NCBI GenBank assembly: GCA_963677485.1
Contig: OY781964.1
Coordinates: 4,992,001 to 5,056,000, forward strand
Direction of reading: 5' to 3'
Length of the DNA: 64,000 bases
Origin: Armatimonadota bacterium
GTDB lineage: Bacteria; Armatimonadota; HRBIN16
Shown: positions 37,834 through 47,099 of the stretch, in pieces
Layout of the letters: each line of letters begins with the position of its first letter
How positions within the stretch are numbered: position 1 is the stretch's first letter
Notes under the pieces: model-generated
Seen by the model: only the letters and a program-made list of their open reading frames with translations
Told to the model about the DNA's origin: nothing
The model's database searches: none
Program-made: the position numbers and the translations under genes

Positions 37834-39849
37834 TCAAAACCTCAATGCCACATACGAAAAGGCCGGCACCAGGACGTCCATCTCGTATCGCCCGTATACC
37901 AACTTCGACTGATACCCCTTCGGAGCATATGGCGTGCGCACCGTCACGGATTGGGCCGAATCGGTGTTGTTATACACGATGTTGGCACTGATGGAGACTT
38001 GCTCCATATGGTCGCCCAGGAACGGCACCATCGTCCGAAGCTTGGGAGAACGCACACGGTAATCTACATGGGCGTGGTCCAGTATCCCTTTGAAAAGTGC
38101 ATAACTGAAGGCGTTATCGGGATGCTGCGCATCATAGGGTCCCCACATATCGACCTCATTCGCCGAGACATCCGCGGATCCGCTCTGCTCCGGTGGCACG
38201 CGCTTCGGATTGTAGCAGCAAGCTGCAAACAGGTCACCATGCAGAAATAGCCATCTACCGTACCCACTTAACACCGCTTCACCGCCACATGTGATGGTGC
38301 TCTTCATCCCGGCAGGTGCCCGCTCAAACCGGAAGCTTTCGTTCAGTTTCACAGACACCGACAAGCCGCGTAGGTTTGTGGTGATCTGGCTCACACCCAG
38401 CAGCGACAGCGGGCCCGCCACCCCATCCTGGTAACTCATCACCATATCGTTCCATCTGGTGGTCTGACCTGGCTCCACCAGATCACCATCCAGGGCTCTG
38501 GCAAACTGACCAGTGAATAACACCGTCGCGGTGCATTTGCGCAACTTCTCGATGGTCTCTCGCATCACATACGAAGCCGAGGGCACTATGATCAGCTTGA
38601 ACTGGTTCATTTCACGGATGCTCATCTTGTCCAGCCGCGGAGAGGCGTATCGAGCCATCTGGCAGCCGTACATCCGCAGCATCACATCCATCAGCGCGGC
38701 ATCAACAAAATGGGAGGGTGACTCACTGAGTGTGGCCGCCGCATAAGTGGGAAACACCAGCAGCACATCGCGCTTCACGGCTTCCAGCGGCTCATTATGA
38801 AGCCTCTTAATGCTGGGCGTGAAGTAGTCTTCCCACCTGTCAAACTGCATCCTCGCAGCTTGCTCTTCACTCCATCCGTAGTTCTTCGCGTAGTCATTGG
38901 TAAGCTGACAGCTCACAAACCGCTGGCCCTCACCCCGCTTGCGGGCACACAACGGGAGGTAGTAGTTGCGGTAATCGCGCCATGACTTGCACCGGTAGCG
39001 AAAACCCATCGTCTCGCCCAGCGACTTCTCCGGGTGGTGATTGGTCTGGAACGGGAAGCAGCTTTCATATAGCGCGAAATCGGCTGATGGCAGCTCCACC
39101 ATGGTCCATAGGTAACCGATGACCGGATAGAGCTCCTGCCAGCTCCCCACTGGCCGACCGTTCGCCAGTTGCTTCAACCGCTTGATGACGGCATCAAAGT
39201 GCTGTTCCATATAGAGATATCGGAATCTGATGAAGTGATTGTAGTCTGTATTCGGTCCATATTTCCGTGTGGGCAGTGCCTCAAGCGGTCGCAGCTTTCG
39301 TTCTACCCGCCACTCATTGAAGCAAGCCAGCGCATGTTCGCTGCGGCCAGCCTCAAATGAGGTGAAACCCGCCTCACCGTATATACCCCAAGTCGGCGCA
39401 AAAGCAACCACCTTGGGATCATCACGGTAGTGCTTGATCACCTCAGAGTGGTACCACTCGTACCGCTGCATCGCATCTGGCCAGAAGGGGTCAAGCTGGT
39501 TCGGTATCCGCTTCCCGCCCTCATCAACATCCCAGAACTGGCCATCACCCAGACCGACCCAGCCCAGTATCGCCATGACGATACTGAAGCCCTTCACTTT
39601 TGCTTGGGCTACCTGCCGGTCGGTCTCAGCAAAATCTATAGTTTTCCCATCAGCCGACACGCCCGGATGCACCTTCAAGAATATCGCGGTATTACCGGCG
39701 CGGAGGGCATCATCCATCTGGTCTGGCGTGACACCGGTCATGGGCATCCAAATCTGGTATTTCGCCAGCGGGTTCAAGTCCTGGCATTCGCACCGACGAT
39801 GACACAATAATAACACCCCAAAAACCATGATAATCGGCCATACCAGCAT
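37834..39849 (-). CDS. Putative secreted glycoside hydrolase (GH42-like TIM barrel plus trimerisation-like domain)
   Basis: Signal peptide from ATG 39849 with GAGG RBS; IDFAETDRQV..AKVKG, YGEAG. Confidence 0.55.
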   Translation of the reverse strand: MLVWPIIMVFGVLLLCHRRCECQDLNPLAKYQIWMPMTGVTPDQMDDALRAGNTAIFLKVHPGVSADGKTIDFAETDRQVAQAKVKGFSIVMAILGWVGLGDGQFWDVDEGGKRIPNQLDPFWPDAMQRYEWYHSEVIKHYRDDPKVVAFAPTWGIYGEAGFTSFEAGRSEHALACFNEWRVERKLRPLEALPTRKYGPNTDYNHFIRFRYLYMEQHFDAVIKRLKQLANGRPVGSWQELYPVIGYLWTMVELPSADFALYESCFPFQTNHHPEKSLGETMGFRYRCKSWRDYRNYYLPLCARKRGEGQRFVSCQLTNDYAKNYGWSEEQAARMQFDRWEDYFTPSIKRLHNEPLEAVKRDVLLVFPTYAAATLSESPSHFVDAALMDVMLRMYGCQMARYASPRLDKMSIREMNQFKLIIVPSASYVMRETIEKLRKCTATVLFTGQFARALDGDLVEPGQTTRWNDMVMSYQDGVAGPLSLLGVSQITTNLRGLSVSVKLNESFRFERAPAGMKSTITCGGEAVLSGYGRWLFLHGDLFAACCYNPKRVPPEQSGSADVSANEVDMWGPYDAQHPDNAFSYALFKGILDHAHVDYRVRSPKLRTMVPFLGDHMEQVSISANIVYNNTDSAQSVTVRTPYAPKGYQSKLVYGRYEMDVLVPAFSYVALRF

Positions 39850-39986
39850 GATAAGAACCTCACCTGAACGATTGTAATAAGTCACCGCAGCGCTTCTATT
39901 ATGGCCATTGGCTAGCGGTGTGTCAACCAGGTTTTGACGAACACCCCCACCAGCCGGTATAATAGCTGATGTGCGCCATACGATCT

Positions 39987-40075
39987 GGAGAGGTCGCATA
40001 GCTGGTCTAGTGCGCCCGCCTCGAAAGCGGGTATCCCTCACGGGATCGCGGGTTCGAATCCCGCCCTCTCCGCCA
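39987..40075 (+). tRNA. tRNA-Ser(CGA)
   Basis: GGAGAGG/CCTCTCC-GCCA stem, anticodon arm CCCGC-CTCGAAA-GCGGG, long variable arm, GGTTCGAATCC. Confidence 0.97.
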
Positions 40076-40153
40076 CCCCCACCCCGTATTATTTCTGCGT
40101 GACCTCTACGTGCCTGAAACTGTATAATGAGTTGGAAGGTCCCATAGGTTTAT

Positions 40154-41185
40154 ATGAGCAGTTCATTTACAGAACCCCTGACAAATCAAACATTTGAAGC
40201 CCTTCAGAAGTCACTTCCTGAGGGCGTTTCTGTAATTCGCGATCACCCACTGGCCCCGATGACCACATTTCACACCGGTGGAACGGCCAAGTGGTTCATC
40301 GACGCTGTAGACAGCGACACGCTTGCTTCCGCGAGTCTGTCCGCACAGAGGTTGTCAATCCCCTACGTGGTGATAGGCAGCGGAAGTAATTTGCTGATCA
40401 GCGATGAGGGCATCCCTTCACTGGTGATCCGGAACCGCTCCGCGGCCTGCCAGATGGGCGAACTCACCATAGCGGACACTGGGGTCAGCCTCTCACGCCT
40501 ATTCGCACTCAGCCGCCGCGCGGCGCTGTCCGGGCTAGAGTTCGCGGTGGGCATTCCTGGCACCCTGGGCGGCGCACTGGTCTCCAACGCGGGGGCATAC
40601 AGACAGAACATCAGTGACGTGGTCAAGCGGGTTGAGGTGGTCACCCAAGGCGAACAGGCCTGGTATGACGCCGACTGGATGCGGTTCAGCTACCGCCACA
40701 GCATACTACGTGATTCACAGGCACCTGACGCCGTGCTGATTAAAGCGGAAATCGCATTGAAACACGATGATCCCTACGCCATCGCAGCCAGGTCACTGGA
40801 ATTTCAACAGCAGCGAAAAGGCAAGCAACCGCTGGAGCGTTCCGCGGGTTCGTTCTTTAAAAATGTGATCAACCCAGAGCTGGCTGCCAGCTTCCCCGGC
40901 CTGTCTGATGCGCTGCGGCAGTCAGGCGTCATCCCGGCCGGTGCCATCGTGGAAGCCGCCGGGCTCAAGGGCATCAGACTCGGCGATGCTCAGATATCGC
41001 CAAAGCACGCCAACTTCATTGTCAACAATGCACATGCGACATCTACTCAGATACGCAGTCTTGCCAACTATGTCAAGAGACGTGTGTATGACCGCTTCGG
41101 TGTAATGCTGGAGGAAGAGGTCTTGCAGATCGGCGATTGGAGCCATTATAAACCCATCCCATGGGAGGATATATCTAACTTATGA
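40154..41185 (+). CDS. murB: UDP-N-acetylmuramate dehydrogenase
   Basis: GSGSNLL, GIPGTLGGA..NAGAY, FSYRHS, SAGSFFKN, KHANF. Confidence 0.96.
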   Translation: MSSSFTEPLTNQTFEALQKSLPEGVSVIRDHPLAPMTTFHTGGTAKWFIDAVDSDTLASASLSAQRLSIPYVVIGSGSNLLISDEGIPSLVIRNRSAACQMGELTIADTGVSLSRLFALSRRAALSGLEFAVGIPGTLGGALVSNAGAYRQNISDVVKRVEVVTQGEQAWYDADWMRFSYRHSILRDSQAPDAVLIKAEIALKHDDPYAIAARSLEFQQQRKGKQPLERSAGSFFKNVINPELAASFPGLSDALRQSGVIPAGAIVEAAGLKGIRLGDAQISPKHANFIVNNAHATSTQIRSLANYVKRRVYDRFGVMLEEEVLQIGDWSHYKPIPWEDISNL

Positions 41186-42081
41186 GCTTTCAGGTAGCGA
41201 TTGGGCAAATCAGCCCGCGTAAAGCGGACGTGAAGGGTAATCTCGACCGTATCGTCGAGATGGTCACCTCTTTATGCCAAAGCGACACGCCTCCAGACCT
41301 TGTGGTTTTTCCCGAAACCGCCAACAGCGGCTACTTTCTGCAAGGAGGTGTCCGTGAGGTGGCTCTGAGCAGTGAAGATCTCTGTTCTGAGTTGACCCAG
41401 CGGTTTGTCTCCAGTGGCATCACACGCGAGGTCGATGTCGCCCTAGGGTTCTATGAGCTCTGGGAAGGGAATATCTACAACTCGGCCGCTTACCTGAATT
41501 TCAACCCTGAAGACCCAGCGTGTGGCACTCTCATTCATACCCATCGCAAGTTTTTCTTGCCCACCTATGGCGTATTTGATGAGGCCAGGTTTGTAGCACG
41601 CGGGCGCAGTATCAACAGCTTCCAAACCCGCTTTGGCAAGATGACCATTCTGGTATGTGAAGACGCCTGGCACAGCATCACCCCCACCCTGGCGGCCCTG
41701 CAGGGGGCTGAGATGCTGCTGGTTCTATCCGCATCACCTGGCCGCGGCTTCCAGACCGACCGCCCCAGCAATGTGGAGAAATGGCAGCGGCTTCTTCAAG
41801 CCATCGCTGAGGAACACGGCGTCTGGGTGATCAACTCCAGTCTGGTCGGATTTGAGGGTGGTAAAGGCTTCGTGGGTAGTTCGATGATCATCGGCCCCTT
41901 CGGTAACCTGGTGGGACAAGCCCCCCTGCTGACCGAATGTGTGCTGACCGGCACCATCGACCCGGAGGACATCCCTGTGGCACGGGCGAACTCACCCTAT
42001 CTGGCCGACCTGCGTGCGGCCATGCCCGATATACTAAACCAGATTGAAGACATTCTGGCCAACCTCAGGAGGAACAGTTGA
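41182..42081 (+). CDS. Carbon-nitrogen hydrolase (glutaminase subunit of split NAD synthetase)
   Basis: FPE, HRKFFLPTYGVFDE, VCEDAW triad; coupled to nadE. Confidence 0.88.
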   Translation: MSFQVAIGQISPRKADVKGNLDRIVEMVTSLCQSDTPPDLVVFPETANSGYFLQGGVREVALSSEDLCSELTQRFVSSGITREVDVALGFYELWEGNIYNSAAYLNFNPEDPACGTLIHTHRKFFLPTYGVFDEARFVARGRSINSFQTRFGKMTILVCEDAWHSITPTLAALQGAEMLLVLSASPGRGFQTDRPSNVEKWQRLLQAIAEEHGVWVINSSLVGFEGGKGFVGSSMIIGPFGNLVGQAPLLTECVLTGTIDPEDIPVARANSPYLADLRAAMPDILNQIEDILANLRRNS

Positions 42082-42944
42082 TGAGCGCGCTTAACATCCC
42101 CATCATCCCTTCCCTCTCCAGGGACCCGCACTCGATTTTAGATATGGATATGGAGCTGGCCACCAAATGGCTGATCGCCTTTCTGCGCGATGAGCTGATC
42201 CGCCGTCGCGGCTTTTCCAAAGCCGTGATCGGATTATCGGGCGGCGTCGACTCCGCGCTTTCTACCGCGTTGTGCAGCCTGGCACTCGGACCCGAGAATG
42301 TGTATACCGTGCGTATGCCCTACAAGACAAGCAGTCAGGACAGTCTGGACCATGCGGAGGCATGTGCCAGGCACTTCGGAGTTCACATGGACACTGTGGA
42401 GATCACTGACGCCGTTGATGGCTATCTGGCTTTCGCACCTGAGGCAGATGGTCGCCGTCGGGGCAATGTGATGGCCCGTATGCGTATGATCGTGCTGTTT
42501 GACCAGAGCGAACGATACAAAGCCCTGCCCATTGGTACCGGTAACAAGACGGAGCGGCTGTTTGGATACTACACCTGGCACGCTGACGATGCACCGGCAG
42601 TGAACCCTCTGGGCGACCTGTTCAAAACGCAGGTCTGGAAGTTATCCGAGCACCTTGGTGTACCCGATGAGATCGTGGAGAAAGCCCCCAGTGCCGACCT
42701 GGTAGTTGGCCAGACCGATGAGGCCGATCTCGGCATCAGCTACGAGCTGGCGGATATGATCCTGGCGCATATCCTGGCGGGCTACGACAGATCACGGATC
42801 ATATCGCTCGGCTTCTCAGCACACGATGTCGACCTGGTGTGGAAGCGGCTGAACAGCACGCACTGGAAGCGCCATACACCCACCTCGGCCATGCTCAGTG
42901 CCACCAGCATCAACGACTACTACCTGCGCCCGGTGGATTTTTAG
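42081..42944 (+). CDS. nadE: NAD+ synthetase
   Basis: GLSGGVDS, GNVMARMRM, GTGNKTE, APSADL..GQTDE. Confidence 0.95.
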   Translation: MSALNIPIIPSLSRDPHSILDMDMELATKWLIAFLRDELIRRRGFSKAVIGLSGGVDSALSTALCSLALGPENVYTVRMPYKTSSQDSLDHAEACARHFGVHMDTVEITDAVDGYLAFAPEADGRRRGNVMARMRMIVLFDQSERYKALPIGTGNKTERLFGYYTWHADDAPAVNPLGDLFKTQVWKLSEHLGVPDEIVEKAPSADLVVGQTDEADLGISYELADMILAHILAGYDRSRIISLGFSAHDVDLVWKRLNSTHWKRHTPTSAMLSATSINDYYLRPVDF

Positions 42945-42954
42945 TCTGTTTTTC

Positions 42955-43151
42955 GTAGGGATGAGCCTGGCGGTCGTCTGATGTTGCGCATGGCTCGCAC
43001 CGATGACCCTGGCGGTTGTCTGATGTTGCGCGTGGCTCGCACCGATGACCCTGGCGGTTGTCTGATGTTGCGCATGGTTCGTACGGATGACCCTGGCGGT
43101 TGTCTGATATCGCGCATGGTTCGTCGGGACGGCCCTTGTGGCCGTCCCTAC
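42955..43151. repeat. REP/BIME-like cluster, about four 42-bp units
   Basis: Unit CCTGGCGGTTGTCTGATGTTGCGCATGGCTCGCACCGATGAC; bounded by GTAGGG...CCCTAC with terminal hairpin GGGACGGCC..GGCCGTCCC. Confidence 0.8.
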
Positions 43152-43183
43152 GTGCATGGAATCATCGTACCGCGGGGCGAATA

Positions 43184-43780
43184 CTAAATCTCTCGCCGCC
43201 ACTCCAATGCCGAGACAAGCGTAGCGTGGTCGGCGTAGTCCAGCTCGGTGCCGCTGGGCATTCCCTGCGCCAGCTTGGTCACGCGTATCTCCAGGGGCTT
43301 CAACATCCTGGCGATATACAGCGAGGTTGTCTCGCCCTCCACAGTGGGTGGTAAGGCCAATATCACCTCAGTCACCGTACCGTCGGCACAGCGTTGCAGA
43401 AGCTCGCGCAGTTTGAGCTGCTCTGGCCCCACATTCTCCAGGGGCGAAATGACCCCATGCAGCACATGGTAATAACCGTGATATTCCGAGGTTCGTTCAA
43501 TCGCCATCATATCGCGAGGGTCCGCAATCGCACAGATGGTCTTCTCATCACGGTTGGGGTTCGCGCAGACCGGGCACAGGTCCTGTTCGCTGATGTTGCA
43601 GCAACGCTGACACATCTTCGTCTGCAGCGTCGCCTGCATGACGGCATCCGACAACTCCTTCACACGCTCAACCGGCATCTTCAGGATATGCAGAGCCAGT
43701 CGCTGCGCGCTCCGCGGCCCGATACCGGGCAACATACCCAACTGCCGGATCAAGTTAGCTACCGGACGTGCAAACTCCAT
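43184..43780 (-). CDS. recR: Recombination mediator RecR
   Basis: LPGIGPRSAQRLA, C4 Zn finger, Toprim. Confidence 0.97.
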   Translation of the reverse strand: MEFARPVANLIRQLGMLPGIGPRSAQRLALHILKMPVERVKELSDAVMQATLQTKMCQRCCNISEQDLCPVCANPNRDEKTICAIADPRDMMAIERTSEYHGYYHVLHGVISPLENVGPEQLKLRELLQRCADGTVTEVILALPPTVEGETTSLYIARMLKPLEIRVTKLAQGMPSGTELDYADHATLVSALEWRREI

Positions 43781-43786
43781 AGATCG

Positions 43787-44128
43787 CTACATAAGCCCTG
43801 GGATATTCATGCCGCCGGTAAGCCCACCCATAGCGGATGAAGCGGATTCTTTGGCTTTCGCTGCCGCGTCATTCACAGCGGTGATGATCAGGTCCTGAAG
43901 CATCTCGACATCGGATGGGTCCACGGCGATAGGGTCGATCTGCAGGTCTTTCAACTCGCCATGACCGTCCACGATCGCTTTGACCACTCCGCCGCCGACG
44001 GAAGATTCGAACCGCAGGTCCTTCATCTCTTCCTGCATCTTGTTCATGGACTGCATCGCTTCATCCATCATTCGTTGAATGTTGGCAGGATTCATGCCGC
44101 CACCACCAAACGGGCTTTTCATTTTCAT
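43787..44128 (-). CDS. ybaB: YbaB/EbfC nucleoid-associated protein
   Basis: GGGVVKA...DVEMLQDLIITAVNDA; between dnaX and recR. Confidence 0.95.
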   Translation of the reverse strand: MKMKSPFGGGGMNPANIQRMMDEAMQSMNKMQEEMKDLRFESSVGGGVVKAIVDGHGELKDLQIDPIAVDPSDVEMLQDLIITAVNDAAAKAKESASSAMGGLTGGMNIPGLM

Positions 44129-44147
44129 TGTAGGGTTCTCCTTGTTA

Positions 44148-45788
44148 TTAGTCTTCTATTGTGCCGTCAAGTTCACGGGCGACTTCAGCGACGAAATCCA
44201 CCTCGTTGCTACCGCCCATGACGCAATCTAACTTGATCGAATCAGCTCCACACACACTGGCTATGATCTGCTGCACGAACAGCTTACGTTTTTCGGCTTG
44301 CAACAGGTTCATGGACGAGGGGTCACTGAACTCCAACCGTAATACGCCACTCTCCGAGCAACTTACTGGCCGCGCCTTCTGAAGCACTTTGGCTCCCCCG
44401 ATGCTCTGCTGGGAAACAGCACGAATGACTTCCTGCCACCTGCGCATGATCACATCAAACAACTGGCTTCCGCCTCCAGCTGCTTTGGGTGTTGCCGCCT
44501 TCGGCCTGACTGCCGACGGTGATGGAGTTGCTGCTGGGGCTGGCACTGGGGCCGAAGGAGGCTCCGCTTTAGGAGCAGACCTTCGAGGTTCTGCTGGCTC
44601 AGGTCGTGGTGTCGGTGACATGGACGGGTTGGTCCGTGCTGGGGGTGCGGCTTGTGCATGAAATCCTTCAGACGCCATTGGTGCGGCAGCGGGTGCAGCT
44701 GCGGGCTCAACACCCGTGGCTAGCCTGATTGTCAGCAGATCAAGAAGAACCCGATGGTCTCGGACGATCTTCATGCGTGCCTGCTGCTGCACTGTCGCTT
44801 CCAGCATTCCCGCAAGCTTGCCAGGCGTGAACTGGTTGGCCATAAACTTCAAAGCGGTCTGATCAGCCACGCTGGCGTTTTCGCCAAAAACACCGGCTGA
44901 GGCATATGTGATGTCACGTATTTTGCGGCATAAAGAATCAAACACAGACTGGACCATCGCCCCGTTCACGATCATCTGGTTCACAGCCTGGACAGCTTTC
45001 GCCATGTCTTGCTTTGCGATGGCCCCGATGAGCACGCCGATCTCCACATCATCCACCACCCCAAGAACCCGCCGGGCGATCTCTGCAGAGATGGGGCCGT
45101 CGCTGAACGCAATCACTTGCTCCAACAGACTGAGTGAATCGCGGAAGCTGCCATCAGCCGCCTGAGCTACCAGGCTGACCGCCTCAGCATCGGCCTTAAT
45201 GCCTTCAGCGTCAAGCACCGACTGTATGCGCTTGTGAAGATCGTCAAGCGTCGCACGGCGGAAGTCAAATCGCATACACCGCGAGCGAATGGTGATAGGC
45301 ACTTTATGGAACTCCGTGGTGGCCAGCACGAATACGACGTGTGCCGGTGGTTCCTCTAGCGTTTTGAGCAGCGCATCAAAGGCCTTTGGGCTAAGGTCAT
45401 GGACTTCGTCAACAATGTAGACCTTATAGCGGCTCTCCTGAGGCATATACTGTGCATTTTCGATGATCGTCTCACGCACATCGTCAATACCGGTCTCAGA
45501 GGCCGCGTCCATCTCCACGACGTCCACAGCGTGTCCTTCGCGAATGGCCACGCAGCTTCGGCACTCGTCGCACGGTTCCTCAGTGATCCCCCGCTCGCAA
45601 TTCAATGCCTTGGCCAGCAAGCGCGCAGTGGTAGTCTTACCCGTACCGCGTGGTCCGCAAAACAAATAGGCATGTGTGATCTTGCCAGAGCGCAAAGCGT
45701 TCTGTATGGTCTTGGTGACATGCTCCTGCCCCATCACATCACTGAAGGTTTGCGAGCGGTATTTCCGATATAAAGCTACATGTGCCAT
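44148..45788 (-). CDS. dnaX: DNA polymerase III gamma/tau
   Basis: ALYRKYRSQTF, GPRGTGKTT, DEVHDL, SRC; start reset to MAHVALY. Confidence 0.96.
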   Translation of the reverse strand: MAHVALYRKYRSQTFSDVMGQEHVTKTIQNALRSGKITHAYLFCGPRGTGKTTTARLLAKALNCERGITEEPCDECRSCVAIREGHAVDVVEMDAASETGIDDVRETIIENAQYMPQESRYKVYIVDEVHDLSPKAFDALLKTLEEPPAHVVFVLATTEFHKVPITIRSRCMRFDFRRATLDDLHKRIQSVLDAEGIKADAEAVSLVAQAADGSFRDSLSLLEQVIAFSDGPISAEIARRVLGVVDDVEIGVLIGAIAKQDMAKAVQAVNQMIVNGAMVQSVFDSLCRKIRDITYASAGVFGENASVADQTALKFMANQFTPGKLAGMLEATVQQQARMKIVRDHRVLLDLLTIRLATGVEPAAAPAAAPMASEGFHAQAAPPARTNPSMSPTPRPEPAEPRRSAPKAEPPSAPVPAPAATPSPSAVRPKAATPKAAGGGSQLFDVIMRRWQEVIRAVSQQSIGGAKVLQKARPVSCSESGVLRLEFSDPSSMNLLQAEKRKLFVQQIIASVCGADSIKLDCVMGGSNEVDFVAEVARELDGTIED

Positions 45789-45792
45789 TAGT

Positions 45793-46833
45793 CTATTTGA
45801 GACCTTTGATCCAGGAAGAGATGAGTCGTGCGAGCTCTTTACTATATTGAGGTGCCTGCGATACAGAAGAGGCCAGCTCCATTGTGGTGCTCTTGCTGCC
45901 GCCCGCGTTCGCCGTTTTCGCAAGGGTATCGGCTTCGGCCATCGTATATATGGTTTGGCGTGACACCGCAAACAACGACGGCACTTTAAGTCCCTGAGCA
46001 TAGGCTAACGGATCTATCTTGAAAAGTTGTTGCTGATAGTTTTGGTTTTGGTGGAATAGAGCTTCACCCACCTCAGGATGCAGTGCCGGAACTTGGTTAT
46101 TGTTGATAATCGCGTACACGCCTTGCACAAACTCCTCATGGAAGCCGTTAATCTTGGCGTCTGTCAAACCTTGTTTCCGAAAAGCTGTTTCCATTTGACG
46201 CCATAACCATAACCATGGCGTTGAGCTGGGAATATCTATACATATGATCCCGCTGACGAGTTTCGGGGCTTGCCATGCCACGCTGAGAGCAAGCAAACCA
46301 CCCTCTGAACGCCCGCAGGCATAGACGGGTAGACCTGCGAAGGGCTTTTGCCCTCTGGCCCATATCAACGCTGAAGTGGCGTCCTGCGCGAACCGGCGAA
46401 GATCGCTTCTGCCTAAATCGCCAGGATGTCGAAGGCTCTTTCCGACACCAAATTTGTCATATCGCACTACCGCTATTCCAATAGCAGCCAGTTCCTGTGC
46501 CGTTTTCGCTGTTGGCTGAGACGGCTTGCCATCAAGCAAACCATTCTTATCCTCATCACCGGCGCCAGGAATAATCACGACAACTGCCGTTGGTTTACCC
46601 GACGACGGCATGTCCACCGTAGCCGACAGGTTCCAGTTTTCGTTGACTAATCTGTCATCTGTCGTTTTGACTTGTATTACAGTTTTGATCAACGCGGGGT
46701 ATTGGCTTGTGGTTGGGTTAGCACTTGGCGTAACGGGCGATACCGCCTCCTGTGAGTAGCTGACACCAGCCATCGTAATGATGGCTCCGATAGCAAGGCA
46801 GCTTGCCAACGGATAGAAAAATCGACATGTCAT
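45793..46833 (-). CDS. Secreted alpha/beta hydrolase
   Basis: VRYDKFGVGKS, nucleophile elbow GRSEGG; signal peptide; AGGAG RBS. Confidence 0.8.
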   Translation of the reverse strand: MTCRFFYPLASCLAIGAIITMAGVSYSQEAVSPVTPSANPTTSQYPALIKTVIQVKTTDDRLVNENWNLSATVDMPSSGKPTAVVVIIPGAGDEDKNGLLDGKPSQPTAKTAQELAAIGIAVVRYDKFGVGKSLRHPGDLGRSDLRRFAQDATSALIWARGQKPFAGLPVYACGRSEGGLLALSVAWQAPKLVSGIICIDIPSSTPWLWLWRQMETAFRKQGLTDAKINGFHEEFVQGVYAIINNNQVPALHPEVGEALFHQNQNYQQQLFKIDPLAYAQGLKVPSLFAVSRQTIYTMAEADTLAKTANAGGSKSTTMELASSVSQAPQYSKELARLISSWIKGLK

Positions 46834-46901
46834 ATATGGTCTCCTACAGGCACTGATGCGATTTGGTTTCACAGGCCAAATATAAGCCAAAACCCCTGAA
46901 C

Positions 46902-46998
46902 AGGCCGGGGATAAAACGCACGCGGCAATTACGCGGACCGCTGCTTTCTTCCGAACCTGACGGGGTTAACGCATACACCGCTGCGTTCCCCCCGGCCT
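46902..46998 (-). ncRNA. ffs: Small SRP RNA (4.5S)
   Basis: Domain IV CCGTCAGGTTCGGAAGAAAGCAGCGG inside a long hairpin; upstream of dnaX. Confidence 0.92.
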
Positions 46999-47099
46999 AT
47001 TCAGGGGTCTATAACAGCGAAGTGCTGTTAATCGTAAAGGATGGCCGAGATTGGTCGGCCATCCATACACATTACATTGTAACCAAAACAGGCACCAGG

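Noticed and set aside
23878-39986. Carbohydrate gene block as an island between tmRNA and tRNA-Ser
   Set aside because: It lies at the 5' sides of both RNAs, with no att duplication or integrase seen
39850-40041. N-terminal extension of the 735-aa ORF
   Set aside because: Overlaps tRNA-Ser; ATG 39849 has an RBS and begins a signal peptide
42955-43151. CRISPR array, or the repeat-containing ORFs 42816-43202 and 42981-43187
   Set aside because: Units are contiguous near-identical 42-mers with no unique spacers and no cas genes; the ORFs are by-products of a repeat length divisible by three
45789-46001. 71-aa N-terminal extension of DnaX
   Set aside because: Overlaps the hydrolase gene; conserved DnaX sequence starts at MAHVALYRKYR
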